Origin: an uncultured Acidobacteriota bacterium | GTDB lineage: Bacteria; Acidobacteriota; Thermoanaerobaculia; UBA5066; Gp7-AA6 | NCBI GenBank assembly: GCA_963764715.1 | Contig: CAVXTP010000022.1 | Location: 656,665-720,664, forward strand | Direction of reading: 5' to 3' | DNA: 64,000 nt | Shown here: positions 1 through 9,679 of the stretch, one piece after another | How the letters are laid out: each line of letters opens with the position of its first letter | Position numbering within the stretch: position 1 is the stretch's first letter | The notes under the pieces: model-generated | The model's input: only the letters and a program-made list of their open reading frames with translations | Database searches by the model: none | Told to the model about the DNA's origin: nothing | Made by a program: the position numbers and the translations under genes

Positions 1-429
1 GGGGCGCGCGCGTTGCCGTTCACGGCCGGGGAGACGATCGTGCGCGAGGGCGAGGCCACGTCGTCGATGTTCCTCATCGCGTCCGGGCGGGCGGCCGTCT
101 CCGTCGCGTCCGGGACGCAGGCGAGCCAGAAGCTCGCCCTGCTCGAACCGGGCTCGGCGTTCGGGGAGATCAGTCTTCTGACCGGCGAACCGAGGACGGC
201 GAGCGTGCGCGCGATCGAGGAGTCGCTCCTCGTCGAGATCGACAAGGCGACCCTCGCTCCGATTCTTCGGGCCAACCCCTCCCTCGTCGAGAAGCTCGAT
301 GCCATCATTCTCGAACGGCGCCGGCAGACGGCCGGCCGGCTCGGCAGCGCCCGGGGCGGCGCCGAGGAGGAGCCCGAGCCGCTGCGGGTCCGCATCGCTC
401 GGTTCTTCGGGTTGAAGGGCCTCGCCTGA
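1..429 (+). CDS. Cyclic-nucleotide-binding domain protein, 3' part (possibly the C-terminus of an MscS-cNMP channel); truncated by the window edge
   Basis: cNMP motifs GETIVREG..SMFLI..G and FGEISLLTGEPRTASVRA; stop overlaps the acpS start. Confidence 0.8.
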   Translation, partial: GARALPFTAGETIVREGEATSSMFLIASGRAAVSVASGTQASQKLALLEPGSAFGEISLLTGEPRTASVRAIEESLLVEIDKATLAPILRANPSLVEKLDAIILERRRQTAGRLGSARGGAEEEPEPLRVRIARFFGLKGLA

Positions 430-833
430 TGCCGGCCGCCGTGGGCATTCTTCTCGGCCTCGACCTGACGGAGATCGATCGGGTCGCCGGCGTTCTCGAG
501 CGGCACGGGGAACGGTTCCTCGCGCGGGTGTTTCGCGAGGGAGAGATCCGGCGCCAGCGCCGGCACCCTCGGGCCTTCGCCGAGCACGTGGCCGGCCGCT
601 TTGCCGCGAAGGAAGCCGCGATGAAGGCCCTGGGGCTCGGCTGGCGCGGCCTGGCGTTCCGCGACATCGAGGTCGGGCGCGACCTGCGCGGCAAGCCCCT
701 TCTCTCCTTCCACGGGAAGGCCCTCGTCCGCGCGCGCTCGCTCAAGGTGCTCTCGGCGGAGGTGACGATCACGCACGGCAAGGACATCGCCGCCGCCGTG
801 GTCGCGCTCCTGACCTCGACCGGCCGGCGGTAG
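429..833 (+). CDS. acpS: Holo-[acyl-carrier-protein] synthase
   Basis: GLDLTEIDR, AGRFAAKEAAMKALG, GKP and ITHG motifs. Confidence 0.95.
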   Translation: MPAAVGILLGLDLTEIDRVAGVLERHGERFLARVFREGEIRRQRRHPRAFAEHVAGRFAAKEAAMKALGLGWRGLAFRDIEVGRDLRGKPLLSFHGKALVRARSLKVLSAEVTITHGKDIAAAVVALLTSTGRR

Positions 834-876
834 AGGGCCGGGGGCGCCCCCGCCCGTACGCTAAACTTCGCCCCCG

Positions 877-3756
877 ATGACGGACGCTCCCGACTACAAG
901 AGCACGCTCAACCTGCCGCGGACCGACTTCCCGATGAAGGCGGACCTCGCGCGGCGCGAGCCCCGGCAGCTCGAGGCCTGGACGGCGTCGGCGCTGGAGG
1001 CGAAGCTCCGGGCGAAGGCGGCCGGGCGGCCGCAATTCATCCTCCACGACGGCCCCCCGTACGCCAACGGGAACATCCACATCGGGCACGCCCTGAACAA
1101 GATCCTGAAGGACCTCGTCGTGCGCAGCCGTTCGATGATGGGGTTCGACGCGCCGTACGTTCCGGGCTGGGACTGCCACGGCCTGCCGATCGAGCAGAAG
1201 GTCGACAAGGCGCTCGGCTCGAAGAAGAAGGACATGACCGCGGTCGAGATCCGCCGCGCCTGCCGTGCCTACGCCGAGGAGTACATCGGGATCCAGCGCG
1301 ACGAGTTCCGCCGGCTCGGCGTCGGCGGCCTCTGGGACCGCCCCTACATGACCATGGACTATGCCTATCAGGCCGAGATCGCCCGGGCGTTCGGCGGCTT
1401 CTACGGAAAGAACCTCGTCTACCAGGCGCTGAAGTCCGTCCGATGGTGCTTCACCGACCGGACCGCCCTCGCCGAGGCGGAGCTCGAGTACGAAGAGCGG
1501 GCGGACCCGGCGATCTACGTCGCGTTCCCGACGGAGGCGTGGATCGGCGGCGCGTCCCTCGCGAACGCCTCCTTCCTGATCTGGACGACGACTCCCTGGA
1601 CGATCCCGTCGAACCTCGCGATCGCGGTCCATCCCGACGAAACGTACGCCTGGATCGACGCGGGCAACGGCAACCACTATCTCGTCGCCGAGCGGCTCGC
1701 CGAGCGCGTCGCGGGGGATCTCGGCTGGAGCGGCTGGAAGCGCGTCGCGTCGGTCCCCGGCACCTCGCTCGCGGGAGCCGTCTACGCCCACCCGCTTCAC
1801 GCCGAGTGCCGGGGCGAGCTGACGGCCGAGGAGGACGCGCGCTCCTTCCGCGTCGTGCTCGGCGAGCACGTCACGATGGACGCCGGCACGGGCCTGGTGC
1901 ACACGGCCCCGGGGCACGGCGAAGACGACTTCCTCATCGGCCAGCGCGAGAAGCTTCCGATCCTTTCGCCGGTCGACGAGGCCGGCCGCTTCACCACGGT
2001 CGCGAAGTACCGCGGACAGAAGGTCCTCGACGCCAACGCCGCGATCGTCGAGGACCTGAAGTCCGTGGGGGCGCTCGCCGGCTACGATCCCAAGTTCCGC
2101 CACGAGTACCCGCACTGCTGGCGGTGCAAGAATCCCGTGATCTTCCGCGCCACGATCCAGTGGTTCGCGCGCCTCGACGCGGAGTCGACCGACGTCCGCG
2201 GAGGCTCGCTCGCCGCGATCTCCCGGGTCCAGTGGACGCCCCCCTGGGGCGAGGCCCGCATCACCGGCATGGTCGAGAACCGGCGCGAGTGGGTCATCTC
2301 GCGGCAGCGCCGCTGGGGCTCCCCCATCACGCTCCTCTACGCCATGAAGGCGGGCGAGCGCGCCGGCGTCTACCCCTGGAGCGACGCGCCGGCGGAACAG
2401 ACGAAGTTCTTCGAGCACGTCGCGACGATCTTCCGCGCCGAGGGCGCCGACGCCTGGTATGCCCGGCCGGCCACCGACTTCCTGCCGCCCGGCGCCGACC
2501 TCCGGGGATTCGCGGGAGGCGACTTCCAGGCCGAGACCGACATCCTCGACGTCTGGTTCGACTCCGGCGTCTCGCACATCGCCGTGCTCCGCTCCGGAAA
2601 GTGGCCCGAGCTCGTCCGGAAGGGCGCCGGCCGGCCGGCGGACCTCTACGTCGAGGGGCACGACCAGTACCGCGGCTGGTTCCAGTCCTCCCTCCTGACC
2701 TCGGTCGCCCTCTACGGCGACGCGCCGTACGACGGCGTGATCACGCACGGCTTCGCGGTCGACGGCCAGGGGCGCAAGATGTCGAAGTCGCTCGGCAACG
2801 TCGTCGCCCCCCAGGACCTCATCAAGAAGTACGGCGCCGACATCGTGCGCCTGTGGGTGGCGAGCCTCGACTACCGGGACGACGATCCGATCTCCGAGGA
2901 GATCCTGGCGCGCTGCGCCGAGGCGTACCGCAAGATCCGCAACACCGCCCGCTACCTCATCTCGAACCTCTACGACTTCGAGCCCGGGCGGGACGCCGTC
3001 GCCCTGAAGGATCTTCTCCCCCTCGATCGGTGGGCGCTCGCGGAGACCCGGAAGGCCTTGCGGCGGGTCTACGCCGCGTACGAGGCCTACGAGTTCCACG
3101 TGATCTACCATCAACTCGTGACTTTTTGCGCCACCACCCTGTCGGCGTTCTACTGCGACATCCTCAAGGACCGCCTGTACGCCTCGGCGGCGGCCTCGAC
3201 CGAGCGCCGCTCGGCGCAGACGGCCCTCCACCGGATCGCCCGCGCCCTGGCGGCGGCCGCGGCGCCCGTGCTGCCGTTCACGGCCGAGGAGATCTGGGGC
3301 GCGCTCCCCGGAAAAGAGGAAGAATCGGTCCACCTGACGGGTTTCGACGGGCTGGACGACGTGCCGGTAAACTCCGTTCCTGAGGCCGCATGGGAACGGC
3401 TGACGAAATTGAGGGAAGAAGCCTCGGTGATCCTGGAGCAAGCCCGCCGCGACAAGGTGATCGGATCGTCCCTGGAGGGGACGATCGTCTTTTCGACCAC
3501 CCCTGAGCTCGAAGCCGACCGGCGTTCCACCGGCACCGACGGCGCCGGCCTCGCCGAGCTCTTCATCGTCTCGGACACCGTCGAAGGCGGCGAGATGCCC
3601 GACGGCGGCCGGGATTCGCAGGCCTACCCGGGCGTGCGCCTGGCCTTTCGGAAGGCTTCGGGCCGGCGCTGCGACCGTTGCTGGAAAGTGACGCCGGAGG
3701 CCGAGGCGAACGGCCTGTGTGCGCGTTGCCGTCGGGTCCTGGAGACCGGGCGATGA
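877..3756 (+). CDS. ileS: Isoleucine--tRNA ligase (type 1)
   Basis: [39 protein letters not shown] and C-terminal CDRCW..CARC Zn site. Confidence 0.98.
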   Translation: MTDAPDYKSTLNLPRTDFPMKADLARREPRQLEAWTASALEAKLRAKAAGRPQFILHDGPPYANGNIHIGHALNKILKDLVVRSRSMMGFDAPYVPGWDCHGLPIEQKVDKALGSKKKDMTAVEIRRACRAYAEEYIGIQRDEFRRLGVGGLWDRPYMTMDYAYQAEIARAFGGFYGKNLVYQALKSVRWCFTDRTALAEAELEYEERADPAIYVAFPTEAWIGGASLANASFLIWTTTPWTIPSNLAIAVHPDETYAWIDAGNGNHYLVAERLAERVAGDLGWSGWKRVASVPGTSLAGAVYAHPLHAECRGELTAEEDARSFRVVLGEHVTMDAGTGLVHTAPGHGEDDFLIGQREKLPILSPVDEAGRFTTVAKYRGQKVLDANAAIVEDLKSVGALAGYDPKFRHEYPHCWRCKNPVIFRATIQWFARLDAESTDVRGGSLAAISRVQWTPPWGEARITGMVENRREWVISRQRRWGSPITLLYAMKAGERAGVYPWSDAPAEQTKFFEHVATIFRAEGADAWYARPATDFLPPGADLRGFAGGDFQAETDILDVWFDSGVSHIAVLRSGKWPELVRKGAGRPADLYVEGHDQYRGWFQSSLLTSVALYGDAPYDGVITHGFAVDGQGRKMSKSLGNVVAPQDLIKKYGADIVRLWVASLDYRDDDPISEEILARCAEAYRKIRNTARYLISNLYDFEPGRDAVALKDLLPLDRWALAETRKALRRVYAAYEAYEFHVIYHQLVTFCATTLSAFYCDILKDRLYASAAASTERRSAQTALHRIARALAAAAAPVLPFTAEEIWGALPGKEEESVHLTGFDGLDDVPVNSVPEAAWERLTKLREEASVILEQARRDKVIGSSLEGTIVFSTTPELEADRRSTGTDGAGLAELFIVSDTVEGGEMPDGGRDSQAYPGVRLAFRKASGRRCDRCWKVTPEAEANGLCARCRRVLETGR

Positions 3757-4289
3757 AACCGGTCGTCCTCCGGGAATCGACGCTCTACCGCGGCGCCTAT
3801 CTCGCCGTCTCGCTCGCCGTGCTCTTTCTCGACCAGTGGACCAAGGGAATCATCACCCGCACGATGGAGGTCCACCAGTCGAAGACGGTCGTCGCCGACG
3901 TCTTCGACCTGACCTACGTGCGCAACAGCGGAGCCGCCTTTGGTCTCTTCGCCTCGGTCGATTCCGCGATCAAGGCCGTCGTCCTGAACAGCGTCGCCGT
4001 CATCGTGTTCCTGATCGTCTCGGCCTACGCCCTGCGCTCGTCGCACAAGAGCGTGCGGCTCCAGGTCGGGCTCGCCCTGATCCTCGGCGGCGCCGTCGGC
4101 AACCTGCTCGACCGGGTGCGCTTCGGGTACGTCGTCGACTTCCTCGACTTCTCCGTCTCCGGCCACCACTGGCCGGCGTTCAACGTCGCCGATTCGGCCA
4201 TCTGCATCGGCGTCGCCGTGCTCTTCCTCGACATGCTCGGCCACGAGGACGAACCGGCGCCGCGGCCCGACGCCGCACCGGGGGGATAG
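3753..4289 (+). CDS. lspA: Lipoprotein signal peptidase II
   Basis: DQWTK, NSGAAFG, GNLLDR, VVDF and WPAFNVAD motifs; ATGA overlap with the ileS stop. Confidence 0.96.
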   Translation: MKPVVLRESTLYRGAYLAVSLAVLFLDQWTKGIITRTMEVHQSKTVVADVFDLTYVRNSGAAFGLFASVDSAIKAVVLNSVAVIVFLIVSAYALRSSHKSVRLQVGLALILGGAVGNLLDRVRFGYVVDFLDFSVSGHHWPAFNVADSAICIGVAVLFLDMLGHEDEPAPRPDAAPGG

Positions 4290-4293
4290 CCTC

Positions 4294-5079
4294 ATTTTCC
4301 CGCGCCTCGTCCACATCGGGCAGTTCTACCTTCCGACGTACGGCGTCGTGCTGGCGATCGCCTACCTGACGGGCATCTGGCTGCTGCGCCGCAAGGCCCT
4401 GGCCGAGGACCTCCCCGACCAGAAGATCCTGGACCTCGCGCTCTACATCCTGGCGTCCGCGATCCTCGGCGCGAAGCTCCTGCTCATCCTCGTCGAGTGG
4501 AAGCGATACGCCGCCAATCCGAAGGACCTGATCGAGGTCGTGCGCTCCGGCGGCGTCTTCTACGGCGGGCTGATCGCCGCGACCGTCGTCGCCGTCTGGT
4601 ACATGAAGAAGAACGACCTCCCGGCCTGGCGGATCGCCGACATGGGAGCGCCCTCGATCGCGCTCGGCGAGGCGATCGGGCGCTGGGGCTGCTTCGCGGC
4701 CGGCTGCTGCTACGGCAAGGAGACCCACGGTCCGTTCGGGGTCACGTTCACGGATCCCTTCGCCGCCGAGCAGGTCGGGACGCCGCTCAACGTCCCGCTC
4801 CACCCCACGCAGATCTACCTGTCCTTGAACGCGTTCCTGATGTTCCTGATCCTGCAGTGGGCCTACCGGCGCCGGACGTTCGACGGCGAGGTCTTCTGGC
4901 TCTACGTGCTCCTCTACGCCATCACGCGCGGGATCCTGGAGACCTGGCGCGGCGACCTCGTCCGCGGGTTCGTGATCCCGGGCATCCTCTCGACCTCGCA
5001 GGCGATCGGGCTCGTGACCGCAGCCGTCGCCGGCGGGATGCTCTTCTACCTCTCGCGCCGCAGCCGCGCCGAGGCGTAG
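4294..5079 (+). CDS. lgt: Prolipoprotein diacylglyceryl transferase; apparent ATT start at 4294 (first near-cognate in-frame start is GTG at 4348)
   Basis: GGVFYGG, IGRWGCFAAGCCYG and HPTQIY motifs; in-frame FPRLVHIG..PTYG N-terminus upstream of 4348. Confidence 0.93.
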   Translation: MFPRLVHIGQFYLPTYGVVLAIAYLTGIWLLRRKALAEDLPDQKILDLALYILASAILGAKLLLILVEWKRYAANPKDLIEVVRSGGVFYGGLIAATVVAVWYMKKNDLPAWRIADMGAPSIALGEAIGRWGCFAAGCCYGKETHGPFGVTFTDPFAAEQVGTPLNVPLHPTQIYLSLNAFLMFLILQWAYRRRTFDGEVFWLYVLLYAITRGILETWRGDLVRGFVIPGILSTSQAIGLVTAAVAGGMLFYLSRRSRAEA

Positions 5080-5085
5080 CCGCAG

Positions 5086-6063
5086 GTGATCCGGCGGTTT
5101 CGGGTCGGCTCCCCGTCCGCCGGCACGCGGCTCGACCTCTTCCTCGTGGCGGCCTGCTCGGACCTCTCCCGGTCCCGCATCCAGAAGCTGATCGCCGATG
5201 GTTCCGTCCAGGTCGGCGGCTCGCCGGCCCGGCGCGCGCACGTCGTCCACGCCGGCGAAGAGATCTCGATCGAGGTGCCGGAGCCGCGCGAGACGGAGCT
5301 CGAGCCCGAGGACATTCCCCTGGCGATCCTGTACGAGGACGACGAGCTCCTCGCGATCGACAAGCCGCCCGGCCTCGTCGTCCACCCGGCGCCCGGGCAT
5401 CCGTCGGGCACGCTCGTCAACGCCCTGCTCCACCACGTCCGCGACCTCGCCGGGATCGGCGGGGAGCGAAGGCCCGGGATCGTCCACCGGCTCGACCGCG
5501 ACACGTCGGGCGTGCTCCTCGTGGCCAAGACCGACCGCGCGCACCAGCTCCTGTCCCGGCAGATGCGCCGCCGAACGCTCCGCAAGGAGTACCTCGCGCT
5601 CGCCGCGGGCGTGCCGCGCGTCCGCAAGGGCGAGGTCACGCTCGCGATCGGCCGCGACCCGCGGGACCGCAAGAGGATGAAGGCGTTTCACCCCCTCGAC
5701 GACGCGATGCCCTCGGGCGCCCGCGAGGCCCGAACGCTCTACGCGATCGAGAAAGAGTGGCCGGCGCTCGGCCTGACGCTCCTGCGCTGCCGGCTCGTCA
5801 CCGGCCGCACCCACCAGATCCGCGTTCACCTGGCGGCCTCCGGCCTCCCGATCGTCGGCGATCCCGTCTACGGCCGGGCGCGCTTCCCGAAGGTCCGCGA
5901 CGAGAACCTCCGCCGCCGCCTCGCGGAGTTCCCCCGCCAGGCCCTCCACGCCGAGCGCGTCGCCTTCCACCATCCCGCGACCCAGGATCTCGTCGAGATC
6001 GTGGCACCGGTCCCTGCCGACCTCCAGGGGCTCCTCGACGCCATCGAAGCCGCGGCGGGATAG
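5086..6063 (+). CDS. rluD: RluA-family 23S rRNA pseudouridine synthase (RluD-like)
   Basis: N-terminal S4 domain, KPPGLVVHP, HRLDRDTSG, GRTHQIRVH and QALHA motifs. Confidence 0.92.
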   Translation: MIRRFRVGSPSAGTRLDLFLVAACSDLSRSRIQKLIADGSVQVGGSPARRAHVVHAGEEISIEVPEPRETELEPEDIPLAILYEDDELLAIDKPPGLVVHPAPGHPSGTLVNALLHHVRDLAGIGGERRPGIVHRLDRDTSGVLLVAKTDRAHQLLSRQMRRRTLRKEYLALAAGVPRVRKGEVTLAIGRDPRDRKRMKAFHPLDDAMPSGAREARTLYAIEKEWPALGLTLLRCRLVTGRTHQIRVHLAASGLPIVGDPVYGRARFPKVRDENLRRRLAEFPRQALHAERVAFHHPATQDLVEIVAPVPADLQGLLDAIEAAAG

Positions 6064-6072
6064 CCTGTCGCC

Positions 6073-6588
6073 ATGGCGAACGACTCCCGCATCCTCTACG
6101 AGGGCCGCCACCTGCTCCTCCTCGACCGCAACGGCTGGGAATTCGTGGAGCACCGCACGGCGCCCGAGGCGGCGATGATCGTGGCCCTGACGGCCTCGGG
6201 CGACATCGTCCTCGCCGAAGAGTTCCGTCCGCCGATGGGCGCCCCGGTCGTATCGCTTCCCTCCGGCCTCATCGGGGACGAGGGGCCGGAGGAAGCCATC
6301 GACGCCGCCCGGCGGGAGCTCGCCGAGGAGACCGGCCACGCGGCCGAGCGCTGGGAGCTTCTCGCCCGCGGGCCCGGCTCCGCCGGCCAGAGCTCCGAGA
6401 TGATCACGTTCTTCCTGGCGCGGCCCGCGGTCCGGTCGGGCGCGCAGGCGGACCACGACGTCGGCAGGATCCGCGTGCACGTCGTTCCGGTGGCGGACCT
6501 TCGCGACTGGGCGAAGCGGCGCGAGACCGAGGGGGCCGTCATCGATCCGAAGATCTGGGCGGGCCTCTACCTGGCGCACGGCCGGTGA
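6073..6588 (+). CDS. NUDIX hydrolase (ADP-ribose pyrophosphatase-like)
   Basis: Nudix box G..GDE..EEAIDAARRELAEETG. Confidence 0.88.
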   Translation: MANDSRILYEGRHLLLLDRNGWEFVEHRTAPEAAMIVALTASGDIVLAEEFRPPMGAPVVSLPSGLIGDEGPEEAIDAARRELAEETGHAAERWELLARGPGSAGQSSEMITFFLARPAVRSGAQADHDVGRIRVHVVPVADLRDWAKRRETEGAVIDPKIWAGLYLAHGR

Positions 6589-6618
6589 CGCGGCCGCTCC
6601 CTCGCGGACGGGCCGGAC

Positions 6619-7257
6619 CTACTTCAGCGAAATCGAGATCGTCGTCCCGTCCTTCTCGAGCACGACGCGGCCTTCCTCGATCTTCGAGACCGTGAATCCC
6701 TCGACGTAGGCGCCGGTCCCCACGATCCGGTCGTTCAGGAGCGCCCGCGGCTCTTCTTCCGACCAGGCGATTCCGCCGAGCTCGATCCGGGCGCCGTCCG
6801 GCAACTGGACGGAACCGACGTAGTTGCGCCCGTGGGCGGGAGGCGGCGGCGGCGCCGCTTCCGTCGCCTCGGGCGTGGTCTCCGCGAACGAGACGCCTTC
6901 GGGCAGCGCGCTTCGTGTCGGCCGGGGCGCGCGGGGGACGGCGGCCGGCGGAGCCAGCGGCGTCGTCACGACCGTCTCCGAGAGCGTCGGCTCGGGCGCG
7001 GGCATCGTCGGCGCCGGCGCCGCGGCCGGCCGCGACGCGGGAGCGGCGGCATTCCAGACTGCCCGGACTCCCACCGCGGCCACGACCAGAGCCGCCGCGA
7101 TCGAGACCGACCAGAGGAGCACGCGCAGGATGCGCCGACGGCGCGCGAGGCCCGCGTCCGGCAGCGGGGCGGGCGTCCACGGCCGCTTCTCGGGCGACGC
7201 GCCCTCCTTGCGGGCCGCTTCCTGGGCGCGCTTGAGCGCCTCGTCGATGAGGCTCAC
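6619..7257 (-). CDS. GspB/ExeB-like membrane protein
   Basis: N-terminal SLIDEALKRA, one TM helix, Pro-rich linker, C-terminal LGGIAWS..ALLND..G..VEG domain; GTG overlaps the ExeA stop. Confidence 0.7.
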   Translation of the reverse strand: MSLIDEALKRAQEAARKEGASPEKRPWTPAPLPDAGLARRRRILRVLLWSVSIAAALVVAAVGVRAVWNAAAPASRPAAAPAPTMPAPEPTLSETVVTTPLAPPAAVPRAPRPTRSALPEGVSFAETTPEATEAAPPPPPAHGRNYVGSVQLPDGARIELGGIAWSEEEPRALLNDRIVGTGAYVEGFTVSKIEEGRVVLEKDGTTISISLK

Positions 7258-8066
7258 GCGACCTCTCCCTCGAGCTCGCGGATCGCCTGGCCGACGGCCC
7301 GGCTCTTGAGCTCGTAGGTTCCGTTGACGTAGCCGTAGAGGAGGGCCTTGTCGCAGACCGCGTTGATCAGGCGCGGGACCCCTCCGGCATAGCGGTGGAT
7401 CTTCCGGATCGCCCACGGACTGAACGTCGGCCGCCCGTCGCCGCCCGCCACACGGATGCGGTGGTCGATGTACCGGGCGGTTTCGTCGCGATCGAGCGGC
7501 GCGAGGTGGTACCGGACGGTGATGCGCTGCCGGAGCTGCCGCAGCCCGCGCTCGTTCAGCTTCTCGCGGAGCTCCGGCTGCCCGATCAGGACGATCTGGA
7601 GGAGCTTGCGCTGGTCGGTCTCCAGGTTCGAGAGGAGCCGGATCTGCTCGAGGAGCTCCGGGTCGAGGTCCTGCGCCTCGTCGATCAGGAGCACGACGTC
7701 GTTGCCGGCCCCGGCCTGCTCCAGCAGGAAGCGGTTGAGAAGCTCGAGGTACGCCGTCCGATCGACCTTCCGCGGCTCGAGGCCGAGCTCCGTCAGCACC
7801 ATCCGCATCAGTTGCGTGGCCGTGACCATGGGGTTGAGGATGAGCGCCGTCTTGTAGGAGGCCCCGAGCTCCGCGAGGATCGCCCGGCAGACCGTGGTCT
7901 TTCCGGCGCCGACCTCGCCCGTGATCTGGATGAAGCCCTTGCGCTCCCGGATGCCGAAGAGTACGTGGTTGAAGGCCTCGCGGTGCTTGTCGGAGAAAAA
8001 GAGGAAGCGGGGATCGGGGGTGATGTTGAACGGCGCCTCCCGGAAGCCGTAGAAGTCGTTGTACAC
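7254..8066 (-). CDS. ExeA/GspA-family AAA ATPase
   Basis: YGFREAPFNITPDPRF, Walker A GEVGAGKT, Walker B LLIDEAQ, GQPEL and GGVPRLIN. Confidence 0.92.
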   Translation of the reverse strand: MYNDFYGFREAPFNITPDPRFLFFSDKHREAFNHVLFGIRERKGFIQITGEVGAGKTTVCRAILAELGASYKTALILNPMVTATQLMRMVLTELGLEPRKVDRTAYLELLNRFLLEQAGAGNDVVLLIDEAQDLDPELLEQIRLLSNLETDQRKLLQIVLIGQPELREKLNERGLRQLRQRITVRYHLAPLDRDETARYIDHRIRVAGGDGRPTFSPWAIRKIHRYAGGVPRLINAVCDKALLYGYVNGTYELKSRAVGQAIRELEGEVA

Positions 8067-8115
8067 CGCCCCCGAGCTTAGTCCAATCCCCGCCCCCGAC
8101 GCTCCGCGCCCGCCG

Positions 8116-8916
8116 TCAGGACGCCTTCGCGAGCGGCCGGCAGTCCCCGCACGGGTGATAGCCGGCGGCGAGGGCCTCCTCGTCCGAGTGGAAGGCGACC
8201 TGGTTGGACTCGAGCAGCGTCTGGATCCCGCCGCACGTCGGGTAGCAGTAATGCATCCCCTTCGAGTTGCCGAGGTACCGCACGTGCGAGGCCGCGAGCT
8301 TCTCGAGCGTCTCGGGCTGGGCCCCCTCGAGCGCCAGGAGTGTGCGCTTGTTGCGCGCCCCGCCCAGGGAGTACTTGCCGATGTGCCCGTCGCTTCGCAC
8401 CACGCGGTGGCACGGGATCAGGAGCGGCACCGGGTTCTTCGCCAGCGCCGTGCCGGCGGCCCGCACCGCGCCCGGGTGCCCGATCTCCTTGGCGATCCAG
8501 CTGTACGGCCGCACCTCCCCCGTCGGGATCTCGAGGGCCTTCAGCAGCACCGCCCGCTCGAACTCGGACAGCCCGCGCAGGTCGTACCGCAGCTCCCGCC
8601 GGCGCTCCCCCTTGAGCCGCCCGACGAGCGCCCGCACGGCCGCCGGCGGAACCGCCTTCTCCCGGTAGGCCGTCCGGCCGAACCGACGGCGGAACGCCCG
8701 CTCGAAGTCGGCTTCCGACTTCGCCCGCGTGACCATCGAGATCCCCGCCTTGCTGTGCGCCACGAACACCGGCCCCACCGGCGACTCCAGCCGCCAGTAG
8801 TGGTCCGCGAGCCCGACGCGGCGCAGGACGGCCGGCAGCAACGTGGCCGGCGCCTTTTCCACGGAGAAGCTCCGCAGGGCCTGCGTGATCTCGAGTCCCT
8901 TGTGCATTCTCTTCAC
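8116..8916 (-). CDS. Methylated-DNA--protein-cysteine methyltransferase (Ogt) with C-terminal Ada-type Zn domain
   Basis: IPTGEVRPY..IA, NPVPLLIPCHRVV active site; C-terminal YCYPTC...GYHPCGDCRP; start is GTG 8916 or ATG 8907. Confidence 0.9.
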   Translation of the reverse strand: MKRMHKGLEITQALRSFSVEKAPATLLPAVLRRVGLADHYWRLESPVGPVFVAHSKAGISMVTRAKSEADFERAFRRRFGRTAYREKAVPPAAVRALVGRLKGERRRELRYDLRGLSEFERAVLLKALEIPTGEVRPYSWIAKEIGHPGAVRAAGTALAKNPVPLLIPCHRVVRSDGHIGKYSLGGARNKRTLLALEGAQPETLEKLAASHVRYLGNSKGMHYCYPTCGGIQTLLESNQVAFHSDEEALAAGYHPCGDCRPLAKAS

Positions 8917-9617
8917 GACCTCACCCCCTCCCGGCGCGAGATCGACAGGGCCTCGCGCAGGGCGTTGATTCCGCGATGGACGTTCGACTTGGTCGTTCCC
9001 AGGGGCTGCCGCAGGACCGTGGCGACCTCCTCGAGCCGGAGGCCCTCCACGTAGCGAAGCTGCAGCGGCGCCCGGTAACGCTCCGGCAGCGCGGCCATCA
9101 GGTCCGCGATGTCGCGCCGCTCCCGCGCGCGCTCGTACGCGCGGTCGGGCCCGTCGGCGTGGTCCGCCGGCTCCCACCTCTGGTCGCTGTCGGCCGAGAC
9201 GGGCTGGTCGAGCGAGACCGTGCGGAGCTTCTTGCCGCGGAACCGGTTCCGCGCCACGTTGAGCGTGATCCGGTAGAGCCAGGGACGCAGGGCGAGCGCC
9301 CGGATGCGTTCGGCCGGGTACGTCGCGAGCGCCCGGTACGCCCGGACGAAGGCGTCCTGCGCGACCTCCTCCGCGTCCTCGCGCCGCCCCGTCAGCCGGA
9401 GGGCATACGAGAACAGCCGGTCCTGGTAGACCCGGACCAGCTCCTCGAACGCGCCGTCGAGGTCCTCCGCGACCGATTCCCGGAGTCTTTCTTCCTGCGA
9501 CATCGGCGACCGACCGCCTCTCTGCTCGTCCGGCTGACCCATCACCAGCCGGAAATCCGATCTCCCCGCGACCGGCCAGGGGACGCGCCCCGTGTCCGGC
9601 GCGCATTCGCTCGTCAT
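8913..9617 (-). CDS. ECF RNA polymerase sigma factor (alternative start 9503)
   Basis: Region 2 DAEEVAQDAFVRAY..WLYRITLN; region 4 LPERYR..L.YVEGL..EEVA..L..PLGTTKS; GGAGG upstream of ATG 9617. Confidence 0.93.
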   Translation of the reverse strand: MTSECAPDTGRVPWPVAGRSDFRLVMGQPDEQRGGRSPMSQEERLRESVAEDLDGAFEELVRVYQDRLFSYALRLTGRREDAEEVAQDAFVRAYRALATYPAERIRALALRPWLYRITLNVARNRFRGKKLRTVSLDQPVSADSDQRWEPADHADGPDRAYERARERRDIADLMAALPERYRAPLQLRYVEGLRLEEVATVLRQPLGTTKSNVHRGINALREALSISRREGVRS

Positions 9618-9640
9618 GGTGCCCTCCGCTCGCCTCCAGA

Positions 9641-9666
9641 ACACGCGCGGAGGGCCCGGGGTTGCA
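9641..9666 (-). promoter_or_regulatory. Candidate autoregulatory ECF promoter (TGCAAC-N15-CGTGT)
   Basis: AAC/CGT bipartite motif 24-49 nt upstream of the sigma gene start. Confidence 0.4.
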
Positions 9667-9679
9667 GCCTCCCCGGCTC

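Noticed and set aside
834-876. T-box riboswitch before ileS (and likewise before valS)
   Set aside because: Leaders are too short and lack the T-box consensus
769-3441. Long antisense or alternative-frame ORFs (for example 769-3441, 30947-34477, 46726-49461, 53083-55308)
   Set aside because: Shadow frames of real genes in high-GC DNA; Arg/Gly/Pro-rich with no motifs
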